From: Selaginella moellendorffii
Lineage: Eukaryota > Plantae > Lycopodiophyta
Reading direction: 5' to 3'
Assembly: GCF_000143415.4 (NCBI RefSeq)
Contig: NW_003314264.1
Coordinates: 662,774-726,773 of the forward strand
Length of the DNA: 64,000 bases
This document shows, in pieces, positions 49,560 through 62,500 of the stretch. The notes under the pieces are model-generated. The model made no database searches, was not told where the DNA came from, and saw only the letters and a program-made list of their open reading frames with translations. The position numbers and the translations under genes were made by a program. The first letter of the stretch is position 1, and every line of letters starts with the position of its first letter.

Positions 49560-51200
49560 CTAATACCAAATGGAGCGCATCTAAATTTGGAGTTGAACTC
49601 CAAACCCACTATGCTACAAAACTAGGGTCTAGTACAATCATTCAGCATCTGCATGCAAAACAGTGTCAAATGGTATTTGGCACAATTTTGGTATACCAGT
49701 GGCTTAATGTAAGGAGGAGGGTACTCTACCAACTAAAGCAGCATGAAGTTTGAGCTTAGACCCAAGCCAAATGCCGAACAAAGAGTGATACAACCTAATA
49801 GAAGCCAAACTAATATCTGTAAGCTTCTAAATTTGGACTTCCCGGGAGGTCACCCAGCCCAATACTATTCAAACCCAAGGATGCTTAACCCCAAATATCC
49901 CAAGACCCTTAACCGATTGGAAAAGGGGGTGCACTCTTATTCATGGGCCCTTTCCCTCTATATTTTAACCCTATGGATCGTCTCTCAAGTCGTTCCCTTT
50001 GGTTGCTTACAATCCATCCGCCACACTTCCTTGCAAGTTCACGCCCTCGTGAACGGAAGCTGAGAGCCGCAGCTCTCCCGAGAGCCTCGCTCTCTTGACA
50101 CCCTACCCCTCGGGTCGAGCCCAGCAGGAGCAAACTGGACCAGCCAGATGTCAATCAACATGTGGTGTGATTCCCCTAGCTAACCAACAGAGTCAAACCC
50201 GAGACGGCTCCGATACCAAATGTAAGCTCCTAAATTTGGACCTCCCAGGAAGTCCAAACCCAGGAGCTTACATTTGGTATCAGAGGGGTCTTGGGTCCGA
50301 CTCTGTTGGTTGGCTAGAATCACACCACATGTTGATTGACATCTGGCTGGTCCAGTTTGCTCCCGCTGGGCTCGACCCGAGGGGTAGGGTGTCAAGAGAG
50401 CGAGGCTCTCGGGAAAGCTACGGCTCTCAGCTTCCGTTCACGAGGGCGTGAACTTGCAGGGAAGCATGGTGGATTGTAAGCAACCAAAGAGAATGACTTG
50501 AGAGACGATCCATGGGGTTCAAATATAAAGGGAAAGGGCCCATGAAACCTCCCAAGAAGTCCAAACTCAGGAGCTTTACAATATCTCAGGTGGTTAGACA
50601 TGTATTCCAACCACTATCCCTATGATACATTTGGAGCCCCCTATAGCCCCTCTCACCTATGCCCCCCATGAAGAACACATGCTTTGGGCTTTCACCCCAA
50701 GCCTCCCTTAATACCTTAATACCAAGAGTTAGTCTCTATGATAAGCGTGAAACTTACTAAATATGGAATGGTACTAGATTGGGATTCCAGAAGCAAGAAC
50801 AACAGTATAAAGTTCAGAACACTCTCTACATTTCATAGATATGCCTCTTGGGCTGATCTAGACACTGACTATAAATAGTATATGGATCCAAAATGGAACC
50901 AACATATTGGGCATGATAATGAGGGTGTTTGGCAGACACGGTAAACTACCATGTAACGATATTAAGGGACTAGATTCAATATCATAGGGGTTCTTAATAC
51001 TAACAAGTGCAAACCAATGACAAGAGTTTCTCAAACCAATCTAAGTCTACTTAGCAAGAAACACATAGAAGTTCCTACCTTATGTTTATCTGATTTAAGT
51101 ACAGAGCATTGACTAATTTCTCAACTAACTCAAGTAGGAACTATAAAGGAAACCAATTGACAAACATGAGAGTGTCCGTAAGGACTAGCTGATAAGTATC
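49560..51200 (-). mobile_element. Decayed LTR (related family) with PBS, interrupted by the Cassandra dimer
   Basis: CTCTAATACCAAA (reverse PBS) at ~49558-49570; sequence resembles the reverse-strand LTR at 59916-61033; boundaries approximate. Confidence 0.6.
49818..50580. mobile_element. Head-to-head Cassandra-type TRIM dimer with 5-bp TSD
   Basis: Minus LTR 49818-50100 (5S core 49835-49889), PPT, internal, PBS 50212-50220, fused LTR ends 50221-50272, plus-strand PBS TTTGGTATCAGAG 50273, internal, PPT, deleted LTR 50390-50580; TSD ATATC (49813-49817, 50581-50585). Confidence 0.85.
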
Positions 51201-51229
51201 TTTCGATGACCAAAATCACATTCGCAACA

Positions 51230-52493
51230 CTAACAAGTTCAGTTTCTTTGCTCATGAGGGTTAAGGCTTCTGGCTTCTCTCTCTATATCCCTGTGGGTAA
51301 GGGCATATCACACTTTGTAAGCTGGGTGACATCTAGAGTAGCAAGGGTGGCTAACTCTGTTAGTCATTTCTATGCTGGTGATAGTTGAAAGGTGTCTAAG
51401 TTGGTAACGCATTTACATTAGAGAAAGAGGTTATTTCATAACTCATTTAAGTTGATGCAATTCTCAGAAAGTGAGAATATTAAAAAAAAATTCCAGAGTT
51501 TTTTCCTTGGCAGTGATCTAAACTAGAGTATCCATCGATAAAGATGTCGATCTTCCCTAAGGGGGGAAGAGTGTAGTGAATATGACTGTGAGTATCAAAA
51601 ATTACTTATCGGCTAGTCTTTTTGAATATTTTTCCCTTACTGGCATGGCGGTAAGAGGTCAGTATTGTTAGACCCTTTATCAATCCTTATTATTCAAGTG
51701 TTAGTAAACTAGGTTTAGCATTTATACTTAGCTAAATGGACATAAGGTAAGAACTCCTATATATTTCTTGTTGAGCATACTTAACATGGCTTTTAGTTCT
51801 CTTTTGTTTTATCTTACACTGACTTAACAAAAACCCTTGATGACAAGAACCCTCGCATATTGAAACTAGTCCCTCAATATTGCTAGATGATAGCTTACCA
51901 TGTGTGCCAAACACCTTCACTATCATACCTTATGTGTTAGTCATGTTAGGTCTCAATTGCTATTTATGGAAGTGTTTAGATTTGCTAATTTAGCATATCT
52001 ACAAAATGTAGAGATTGTCCTGAATACAATGATGTTAATATCATGTCCAAATTCACAATCTAATACTATTCCATATTTAGTAAGTTTCAAGTTAAACCTA
52101 GAGACTAACTCTTAGTACTAATGGTGAAAGCCCAAAGCGTGTGTTTCCATTTGGCTTTGTTTTGCGTGCTAATCTTGGCATTGGGATGTTAGATGCTATA
52201 GGATTGTTCCAAGTTACTCATTGTTTTTATCCCTTCGCTCCTTAAGCTGTATATTTGGGAGTTACTCTATGCTCCAATTTTTTCACTCTTTGGCTCCATG
52301 CTTAGAAGTTTGGTTTCTTTTTTTCATTTAATGTCCTAAGGCTTGAAACTCAAGGTCCACTCCATTATTTTTGAACACATGGCATGTGGCATGTGGCATG
52401 TGACACATGGCACATAGAAGGTTTAGGTTCCACTTCATGGTTATTCTATGGTAAATCACTATAGGATAAAGGATGAAAACCACATGCACTACA
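51230..52493 (+). mobile_element. 3' end of LTR retroelement: internal tail, PPT and LTR (51572-52493)
   Basis: PPT AAGGGGGGAAGAG, then TGTAGTGAATATG...CACTACA; contains the empty target site of E1. Confidence 0.75.
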
Positions 52494-53168
52494 TTGGTGT
52501 TGGTTAATGTCTTCAACATTATCATTATAGGTGGAATGTGTATGTTTGTGTCAAATAGCATTCAATTTCAACAGTTTCTTCAATTATTAGGGTAGATAAA
52601 AAACAAAATATTTTTACTGAGGGATACAAACAGTATAAAGATTGACCTTTTGGATGCAACTAAGTGTTGCCAATTGATGTGTGTTACCTAATATACTGTC
52701 TTCTCACAAGACTTACATTTTTGCTACCTCACTGTGAACACCATGTTTCCTCCACAAAATTGGGATTTGCAAGGCATGCACTCCAATTGATCAGCCCGGG
52801 AATTGGTGGAGGAGCGTGGTGCCTCAGATCTGCAAGCTTGAATGGAGAATCATCCTGTCACATGCCAGCCCAAAGAAGAGAAAACCCTAGCCCCAGTATA
52901 AATTGTGGGAACATGGAGCCTCGCTGGCTTTTGGATCCAGCTCATCACTCCTCCACATTACATTATAATGAGGACTTTTTCAGTGTGTTTCAGCGAGTGG
53001 AATCTTTCCTAAAGATCAAAAACTTTGCTGCTCGAACTGTAAAAACAGAGAGTTTTTGGTTGACCCAACAGCAAAAAGAAAACTTCAAAGCTCTTGTGAT
53101 CTTTGGAAAACTTCCAAACTCTCATGATCATCTCCAAGCATTGGAAATCTTCCAAGATCTTGAGAACA

Positions 53169-53900
53169 TCATATGGATGGAGTAGCGGATTTCCACTCTT
53201 CTTCTTTTCCAGCTTCATGGACCCCAAGATGTAACAAAGATGTGAGGATTATAAGCTTTGGTATCTGGCCAGGAATCCTCGATGATAAAAACCCCTGCTT
53301 GTCACTCCAAATCCAGTGACACTCATCACTTTGCCAACGAATCTCCGTCACCATGAAGCATCTCATCCTGTCCCTGTCCATCCTGCTCACTTCCTTGGCA
53401 ACTTTGGCAGCCATATCCACCAGTCCATCACTGCTGAGCACACTGTGGAGAAAGCTCTCCTTGTCTTCCTGGATCACCACCGAAGAAAGCCACTCCATCT
53501 TTGGAATGATGTACCACTTGATCGTCATGCGCTCTGGAGCTGATGCAAAAGTTTGGAATCCTTCCACATCCATCCACCAGCCTTTCCAGTGCCTAGAGTT
53601 CACGGTTGAGTCTCCATATGCACTGCCTCGAAAGTCACTGCTTGTTGTGCACAGGAACTTCCACAGCGCAGGCTCATAGAAGAGGTAGCCGTGCAGCAGA
53701 GCTCTTGAGCTCACTCGGATGTCAGCACTTCCAAAAATCAACTCTATTGTCCTGAGAGCTGTAGCTTTTGTCAGCAGAGTGAGCTGGTTCTTGAGTCAAT
53801 TCTTCCTGTCTGCCAGAGTTTCTCTGACGTGAGGCCCCAGAAAAAACCCGAGAAACCGCAGAATTCCACTAAGAACGCACGCATTCCTTGCTGTGTTGAG
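53169..53900 (-). pseudogene. DUF1853-like protein, C-terminal part, with an in-frame stop
   Basis: FLGPHVRETLADRKN*LKNQLTL ... HGYLFYEP ... HWKGWW ... WYIIPKMEWLS resembles DUF1853 motifs as recalled (GP..D.L..K..QL.L; G.LFYP; H..GWW; W..L.K..WL). Confidence 0.5.
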
Positions 53901-54424
53901 GGAGAAAGAAGAGCACAGAGATGTACAATTTGCATTGGGCTTGGTCTGCTGAACCTGTCCCAGCTGAGCTGCCAATAGATGCTAACTTACATACAGTCAT
54001 GTGGCCCTGCAAAAGCAAAACACATGAGCGATCCCCTGTCCTTGTCGCTGCTGGGCAGTGGCTGCCTCCACTCCTCCACATACCCTGGAGCATGGTAGAA
54101 ACCCCGCGGCTAGGAGGAGCTGTGGCAAAAAAGGAGAGCTTTTGTATCCCTCCCAGGCCATGCAAGCAGATGGGTGTCACTCACACCTCCTCCCCCGGCC
54201 TGGGCCATGCCACACGCCCACAGGCCGGCCTCACAAAAATATTTCAGAAGGATGCAGATATTTACCAGGTTACATCACATCTGACGGTGTTGATTGGCCA
54301 GATCCAGCAGCCCACAAATTTTGACAATAGTAGTAAACATAAGAACTATCTAAATCAAGATGTCAAGGAGGGCCAGCTTCAAATGATCACAACGAGCGAG
54401 AGTGATGCTGGATTAAGAACACTA

Positions 54425-56086
54425 TCAGGACCAGGCGTTTGCGAGTAAGATATAAGCTGCTCCATTATCTGAGATAAGTGTCACCTGAGAACCATGTCTC
54501 ACATTCTTCTGATTCTTACACGCAGCCAGAAAGCACGTCCAGTCCAAATCCTCAGGGACAAACGGCATGCTTTTGATTAATTGCTCGGCATCGCCCAAAT
54601 GCCCAGCTCTTCCAAGAAGATCAAGTATTTCACAGTAGTGCTGCTTAGATGCTTTTATATTGTAGTCACATTGCATTGATTGGAGGTAGTGGAGGCCATT
54701 GGCAACACTCCCATGATGCGTACTTGCTAACAAAACCTCTACAAAAGTTATCTCATTTGGCTTTTCAGTCATAGGTATGTGATGAAAGAGTTCCACAGCC
54801 TCCAAGAAATGTCCTTTCTGGGCATAAGCTGCAACCATGGTGTTCCAAGATACTAAATCGGACACAGGCATCGAATCAAAAACCCGTCTTGCCGTGTCTC
54901 TATGCCCAGATTGGGCATATGCAAGCAAAATTGTATTCCAAGATACTGTGTCTCTTTCTACCATTTGAAAGGAAAACCTTAGAGCTTCACGCATATGGCC
55001 TTTACAGGAAAATGCAAGCAGCATCGAATTGCAAGTGACCTGGTCATATCTTTCTATTTGCTGAAATATGCAAAAGGCCTCTTCCAAATGCCCGGCTCGG
55101 GTATATGCCGTAAGCATTGTTGTCCACGAAACGGTATCTCGTTCGCACATTGAATTGAAAACAACACCCGCTTCGTACAGTTTTGATAATTCTGTATACC
55201 CGTAAAGCATTGTATTCCATGAGAAAAGATCCCATTCAGGCATGGAATCAAAGACGCACTTCGCATCACCCATATGCCCCAGTCTAGCATATGCAAAAAG
55301 CATCTCATTGTACGATACTATACAACGCTCTTGCATGGAAGAAAATACGATCTTGGCTTCTTGCAAGCCGCAGTTTTGTGCGTTCACGGACAGAAATGTA
55401 TTCCAGGAGATTCTGTTCCTTTCTGGCATGGTATCGAACACGTTCTTTGCTTCATGCAGATGCCCGTTTTGAGCATATGCCGTGAGGATACCAGTCCAGG
55501 AAACTATGTCCCGCTCTGGCATAGAATCGAATATGCGCTTAGCCTCCAGGACTAATCCGGCTTGAGAAAGTGTGCGAATCATAACCGTCCATGATACCAT
55601 GTTGTATTCCGGAATTCTCTGAAAGATTTCATGAGCTTTGTGGATATGTCCGGATTGGGCATATGCCGAGAGCATAACCACCCATGTAATGATGTTACGC
55701 TCTTGCATATAATCAAAAACTTCCTTGGCATGGTTTAAATCTCCACAACGCACAAAGGCACTCAGCATTGCTGTCCATGAAACAAGGCAGTGATACGGCA
55801 TGGCATCAAATAATTTCTTTGCCAGGTAAACATGCCCGTTTTGAGCATATGCTGTGAGCATAAGAACCCAAGAATAAGAATCTTTGTGCTTGATTGCGTC
55901 AAACATCCGGCGTGCAGCTTCAACGCTTCCACATCGCCCATACAACTCCACAAGCTTGTTTTTGAGAAAAGAATCTCCATTTCTCTCCTCCAAAAGATTT
56001 TCCCGAATAAGTTGAGAATGAATGTTTTGGGCCATGGAGAGAGATTTACATGATTTGATGATCGCAATTCCATCGGCTACCTTCAT
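54425..56086 (-). CDS. PLS-class pentatricopeptide repeat protein (553 aa, intronless, short E-like end, no DYW)
   Basis: Many ~31-aa repeats F..MPER..VSW..ML.AYAQ.G.L.EA, then HYCEILDLLGRAGHLGDAEQLIKSMPFVPEDLDWTCFLAAC. Confidence 0.92.
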   Translation of the reverse strand: MKVADGIAIIKSCKSLSMAQNIHSQLIRENLLEERNGDSFLKNKLVELYGRCGSVEAARRMFDAIKHKDSYSWVLMLTAYAQNGHVYLAKKLFDAMPYHCLVSWTAMLSAFVRCGDLNHAKEVFDYMQERNIITWVVMLSAYAQSGHIHKAHEIFQRIPEYNMVSWTVMIRTLSQAGLVLEAKRIFDSMPERDIVSWTGILTAYAQNGHLHEAKNVFDTMPERNRISWNTFLSVNAQNCGLQEAKIVFSSMQERCIVSYNEMLFAYARLGHMGDAKCVFDSMPEWDLFSWNTMLYGYTELSKLYEAGVVFNSMCERDTVSWTTMLTAYTRAGHLEEAFCIFQQIERYDQVTCNSMLLAFSCKGHMREALRFSFQMVERDTVSWNTILLAYAQSGHRDTARRVFDSMPVSDLVSWNTMVAAYAQKGHFLEAVELFHHIPMTEKPNEITFVEVLLASTHHGSVANGLHYLQSMQCDYNIKASKQHYCEILDLLGRAGHLGDAEQLIKSMPFVPEDLDWTCFLAACKNQKNVRHGSQVTLISDNGAAYILLANAWS

Positions 56087-56679
56087 TCACATCAGACTTT
56101 TCAGAAATTTTTTGAAAACTTGAGACATTTTAAGTTATAATTCTGATTCGCTGCGCGGCTGCGGGCGGGGAGCAGCGCGCGGGAAAAACAAAAAACCTGG
56201 ATGAAGAGAGAACCCCGCGAGGAAGAAAAATGCTTGAAGAGAAAGAAAAAGTAGAAAGGTTGGTGATGAAATTGCTCGTGTGAACGACCCCTTGCTACCA
56301 ATGTTGCCAACATTGCGTGCCGCTCTTGGTGCGCAATCACTGCACTATTGTCCCCTCGATCAAAAGAACTTACAAAACTATACTGTTTTCCAGAATACGT
56401 ACGTTATCTCGAACCGATAGACCGGCATCAAAGTTCTGTTTCTTTGTGGAGGCAAAGTCCCAAAAGGAAAGAGGATGCAGGCTTGTCACTCCTGTGTCCA
56501 AGCTCTACATCACAGCTCTCGGAGTTTGACCATCAGGCCAGCAGCGATTTCAGAAATCATTTACACCTGACAAGAAACCAAGAGAAGAGCTTGGGGCCAG
56601 AATCCGCGTCATCGGTGCACAGCTCACAAACGTATAAAGTTTCATGATGTGATTAGAATGAAATTGATAGAGGATTACA

Positions 56680-57400
56680 TTACAACTGACAATCAACGAG
56701 CTCTTTTATGGCTAGAAATTGTGACCGGTTGCTTGGCAAAACAATTGGGCAGTCTGAGGCCGGTCTCTTCCCATATCTATACTCCAAGAGGCCCTGCTCT
56801 ATCATAGCATCGACTGTGTCATGGAGCTTCTGGAGCTTCTTGTATGGGACAGTACCATCCGGGTTGGCCACAAGCTGCTTGAGAACTGCGAGGAACGTGT
56901 CGCGTGTCCACTTTTCATCAGCACTCCGAGCGAAAGATCTTTCATTGAGTGTGGCACAGGCGCGGACTTGCTTCTTGCTTCATATGAGTAGTCAAGCATC
57001 ACATCCCAGAGAGCCTCCACCCTTGGGCCCCTCTCGGGCCGGATCTGTGGGAGAGCCTTCGCTCATCTATATAGAAGAGAAAACTAATGGATGCCAATCT
57101 GGAAGTTTCTTATGAATTGGAGGACTTTGATCGCTTGGGTTATCACTGGGAGCTTCTCTAGATGGCTACACGAGCGGCTATACAACCGTCTTTATCGACG
57201 AAGCCAGCCTTCTTGGACGCAGGTGCCTCGTGAGGTTGACAAGGTGCTGCGGGAGCTCTCCAGACACCATCCCCGTGCTCTGCCTACGTTGGAACTCTTG
57301 AATCACTGCCGTCTTCTCTGAGCCCTTAGGACCGACCACTGTAACCAGCTTACTCCCGCAGCAACTTGTCCAGCTTCATTATCTCCATGTGTTAGATTCA
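56680..57400 (-). pseudogene. Fragmented coding-like region, product unknown
   Basis: Overlapping short minus-strand ORFs with coding-like composition and frame breaks; no confident family. Confidence 0.3.
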
Positions 57401-58489
57401 GATGATTCCGGGCAGACTTGAAGAATCAGCATTATCGCTTCTGGCAAGTTAAATTGTTATAAATAAATCAAACCTAACTTATACAACATAAATATAAAAT
57501 TAGAAGTGGGATTTGAATCCAAGCCCTCATCCTCTTAGCCATCTTCTTGGAATTGTATAAGCAATGCTTGATTGCATGAAGTATTCAACCACTTGGCATG
57601 CAGACTTAGGCCTCAGAGATAACACTCTGAGAAGAAATAGTAGATAAATATTGCTCTTGCCACTCTTGGTCGAGAGAGCACAGGACAGCACGTCCATCCG
57701 AGTGGCCAATCCTTCGCCAAGATAGCTTCGTTATAGGACGCAAGCACCCGGCTCGGACTTCCTCCAGCTACGCTTGGAATCCCATTCTCTGCTGGAACGA
57801 ACACAATCTTACTAAGTTTATCACAGAATCTTTGGATGATGCCGTTGTTGAGAAAGATTTATCAGTGGTAGAACCAGCATTCTTTAGTGCATCCTGAACA
57901 TGATCAATGGATGTATGGGAGCAACAATAATGACAACAACAACATCAAGAAGAAGTCTCCCCAACATTAGGGATAATCCTCTCAATCCATGGTGGGTTAG
58001 TGCATCAGAATATTCTCTAACAGATAGGTATTTAGCGGTCTTTGCAGCTGAGGGCCACGGCAGTGCTGTTTCATCCGAGTCCAAGCAAAGCCCTGTTGTT
58101 CGATAATTACAATACATACAACATTTGCCAGGTTTTTTCTTGTTTTTTTCCCCTTGTTGATTCGATCTATGCTCTGCCGTATTTGGGAAATCTTGGATGA
58201 CAGTGAAAGAGCTCGAGCCTTCTATTCCTTACGTTCTGGTCTGTGAACCGGAATATTTTCAAGCTTGCCCAAGTAAACTTTCAAACACATTTTGAGTCCA
58301 CTTACAGCACACAGTTTGGAGAAACTTTTCCTGGGTCAATGGCACTGTAGTTACATGATTTCAAACAGAAGAGCAGGTTATAGGGAGGAGAGAAAAAGAA
58401 AAGAGCTACAGATGGAATCTCGGTTTCGCACCTCTTTCCTTGTCTCTACGCTCCTCCTCCTCCTCCTCTTGTTCCCGCCAGAAAAGGTC

Positions 58490-58720
58490 CTCGTGATTCC
58501 TGGAGGTTCACGAAGCGGATGTAGTTTTCTAGTATCTGCTTCCCATTTTGCGAGATGATGCCCTCGGGATGGAACTGATTGAGTCGAAGAAGAAAAGAAG
58601 GATTGAAGAACACAACTAGAACTTCCTACCTGGACGTGCTTATACTTGGAATGCCGCATGCCCATGATAAGTCCATCTTCCGTCCACGCCGTGATCTCCA
58701 GCTCGTCGCTCCTGGCCTTC
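58490..58720 (-). pseudogene. Anthranilate synthase beta subunit (class I GATase) C-terminal fragment
   Basis: DELEITAWTEDGLIMGMRHSKYKHVQ, donor GT at 58629, then QFHPEGIISQNGKQILENYI; upstream exons not found. Confidence 0.7.
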
Positions 58721-59042
58721 AAGTTTACAAGAGCTATAAAGGCATTAGTACAATTACAGCTCACTGTCAAGCCAACGAACGTTGTAACATTGATTTGATC
58801 CATGTGCTTTCCAAATTCCAGCAGTGTTCTTTGATTTCTCTCAGAAGCCTGTCAAGTAACAAGCTTTTGTTAAATCGATACAGAAGGAAAGTTTACATCG
58901 AGAATTCCACACACTGTTGGCCGATGCACGCCAAGCCTAGGCACGGCCTTGCAAGACGCTGCAACGTTTGGCACCAAGACGACGTGAACAAGCTTGCAAA
59001 ATTACCTTCACCTTTGTTTCTTATAAATGTGAAAAGAATAGA

Positions 59043-59126
59043 TGTCAGAAGTGGGATTTGAACCCATGCCCTCCTGAGAGGAGCAGAACTTGAGTCTGCC
59101 ACCTTAGACCACTTGGACATCTTGAC
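59043..59126 (-). tRNA. tRNA-Leu(CAA), probably decayed
   Basis: GTCAAGATGTCCAAGTGGTCTAAGGTGGCAGACTCAAGTTCTGC...GGGTTCAAATCCCACTTCTGACA; long variable arm; mismatches in acceptor, D and T stems; TTTT downstream. Confidence 0.85.
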
Positions 59127-59449
59127 ATTATGTCTCTATAATACATAATTTGGATTTTTATCCAGCAATGGTTCATTGCATGAAGTACTGGCAATGTAAA
59201 GCTTCCAAGCTCCAACCATTGATAATGAGCAAGCATTCACTGCCATGATGTTGTTTCTATTGTTTGCAATTACCACTCTCCAGATCCTTTGCTTTTTCTT
59301 TGAGTAAAAGCGAGCTCTTGTCATTGGATAATGGTATTATTGTTCTTGACTTGGCCATGAACCCATCTTGATCATCCATCTCTGGAGGATGCATTGAATT
59401 GGTTCTACTGTTGATGATCCTGAACACCACCAATATCAACATCAAGAAG

Positions 59450-59566
59450 NNNNNNNNNNNNNNNNNNNNNNNNNNNNNNNNNNNNNNNNNNNNNNNNNNN
59501 NNNNNNNNNNNNNNNNNNNNNNNNNNNNNNNNNNNNNNNNNNNNNNNNNNNNNNNNNNNNNNNNNN
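59450..59566. other. Assembly gap (N run)
   Basis: 117 N. Confidence 1.
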
Positions 59567-62500
59567 TACTAACATGTTGGACATGTCTTTATATATTCCT
59601 GAATATCTTTAGCTATGTATGGTCAGTGATGCTTTCTCTTGAGTAACCCATCATCCTAGGCACTCTACTGCATCCTGCCAAAAGTCCATTATAACACTTT
59701 TCTAAAATTACTTTCCTTAGTTCCCCTTGTGGAACATACACCCTCATCTATTCATAATAAATGAGTCCATTGCATTTCACATAAGTTGTCTTCTCTTCTA
59801 TAGGTGGCTTGCCTCTTTGGTGAGCATTTAACGCTTCTTGGTTCCTTAGCAACAATTCTTATGCTAGACCATTGTTCTCATACATTGTTTGCACATCATT
59901 TCAAATGGTTGCTAATATAGTGTATATGGTTTTGACCCTTTATCCTATGGTGATTTACCATAGGATAACACCACGAAGTGGAACCTAAACCCTCTTTATG
60001 CCACGTGACACATGCCACATGTCCAAGGACAATGGTGCGGAACCTGAGTTTCAAGGCCTTGGGCCATTGAACAAAGGTACAAAGTGAAACTCCTAAGTAT
60101 GGAGTCAAAGAGTGGTGGAACTGGACCACGGAGCAACTCTTGAGCATATAACCCAAGGAGCAAAAGGACAGGAGTACGGAGTGATTTAGAACAGTCCTAG
60201 AGCAACTAACATCCCAATGCCAGGACCAACATGCAAAACGGAGCCAAATAGAGTCTAGCACTATTTTGGCATACTGGTGTCCAAGGCAAGGATATGGGTA
60301 CTCCACCAGCTAGCATAGTGTGGAGCTTAGGCTTAGACCCAAGCCAGATGCAGAACAAGGACAAGCACGCAAGTAGAAGCTAAACTATACCTCAGGTTGG
60401 TCAGCCATAATCGACCTACCCACTATCCCTACTATACATTTGGACCCGCCCCCCCCGCTTGAGGAATGCTTTGGGCTTTCACCCCAAGCCTCCCTTAGTA
60501 TCAGGAGTTAGTCTCTAGGACAAACTTGAAACTTACTAATTATGGAATGGCTTTAGATTGCGAATTTAAGCACAGGACGAACACCATTGTGTTCAGGACA
60601 ATCTCTACATTCCGTAAATATGCCAAATGAGAAAATCTAGACACTTTCCATAAATAGCATTTAGGACCGAATTGAGACTAACACCAAAGGCTTGGTAGCA
60701 AGGGTGTTTGGCAGACATGGTAAACTATCATTTAGTGAATATTGAGAGACCAAACTCAATATTGCAGGGGTTCTTGATACTAGCAAGTGCAAGCCAATGA
60801 CAAGAGTTTCTCAAACCAGGCTGAGTATGCTCAACAAGAAACACATAAGGTTCTTACTTTATGTTTTATCCAATTTAAGTGCATAGTCATTGACTAATTT
60901 CTCAACTAGCTCAAGTGGGAATTGATAACGGGCCCAGCAATACTGACCTCCTGCCATTGTAGCAATAAGAAAAGAGTGTCCATAAGGACTAACTAATAGG
61001 TAACTTTTGATACCCGAAGTCATATTTGCAACAACTGTCATATTAGACATCGCTAGCTTTAAGTTTACTTTTTGACTTAGAGCATTAGCTACGATGATGC
61101 TCTTTTTAGGTTTATATAGAATCTCACAATCAAACTCGGCCAAAGCATTGGCCCATCACCCTTATTTTCTTTTTGGATTGAGCTATGATAAGAAGTGTTT
61201 TATTGCCACATTATCTATATAAACTTTGAAGTGCCTCATTGCCACTCTTTAAATGCTTTGACCATTGCAAATAATTTCTTCTCGTAGATAGGCCATTTTC
61301 GCTGAGTGTTGTCCAACTTCTTCAAGAAGAATACCACTAGATGGTAGATCACTTGAACCTTTTCATAGTCCACCTTGAGCTTATCCTTGCCCACTATATG
61401 TCCGAGAAACTTTATCTCTTTTGAGAAAAATCACATTTGCTCTTTTTAGCATACAACTTGTATTCCCTTAGTTTCTTAAAAACCTTTATCAAATGTTCAG
61501 CATGCTCCTCTAGTGTCTTGCTATAGATTAGGATATCATCAATATAAACAACCACGAAGTGATCTAGATAGGGTACAAAAATGTGGTTCATTAGTGCTGA
61601 AAATGTTGTTGGTGCATTGCACAACCCAAAGGGCATCACCAAAAACTCAAAACTCCCATACCTTTTCCGACAGGTTTTTTTCTTGACATCTTCTTTGATT
61701 ACACTCATTTAGTAGTATCTTGAGCTTAGGTCAATTCTCGAGAAGTATTTTGTTTTTCCTAGCCTATTGAACAGGTCCTCAATCTTTGGTAAAAGGTGCT
61801 TGTTTTTATTTGTATACTTGTTGAGCAACTGGTAAATTCATCTTTTTTTTTTGCAAATAACACCGACACCCTATGTGGTGACTTGCTCAATCTAACATAC
61901 CCTTTATCCACCAACTCTTTCAGTTGGTGCCTGAGCTCCTCGAGTTCCTTTTCATTCAAACGATAGGTGGGGCGAACCACCACCTTAGCACCCTCGACCA
62001 ACTCAATTTTATGTTGTATCGGTTGTGTGGGGGGTAACCCTGCCGGTAGCTCTTCCAGCATAGTATCTTGAAATTGGTTCAACACCTTCTGGATCACTAA
62101 AGGTACTTCTTCTATTCCTGTCTTTTTGTCACTCCTCACTGAGAGTCACAAAAATACTGCCTTGGTTCCTTTAATGAGTTGTCCTTTAGTGGACATTAAG
62201 TCCAAGCAAGAGTCTTTGGCCTTATATTGCCCTACCTTTAAATTCTGGGCCTCTACCCTGAATTGTTCTCCCTGGGCATTCGCTAGTACCACAAGATTCC
62301 TACCTTGTCCATACAAGGCGACCATGAATCGATTGAACCAATCCATCCCAAAGATTACATCAAATCCCACCATGTCCAATACAGTGAAATCCATATCTAC
62401 TTTTTATGTTCTTACTTCGACTCTTGCTTGTTGAAGTACCTCATTGGTGCTTTAACTACCTTGAACAAACTCTATAGTCCTTGGTTCACCCAGCCGTTGC

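Noticed and set aside
49835-49889. Genuine 5S rRNA gene
   Set aside because: Only the internal ~55-bp part is present, embedded in LTRs with PBS and PPT, i.e. a Cassandra-type element.
57500-57545. Second tRNA gene
   Set aside because: Only a degenerate T-arm/acceptor fragment (AGAAGTGGGATTTGAA); no complete cloverleaf.
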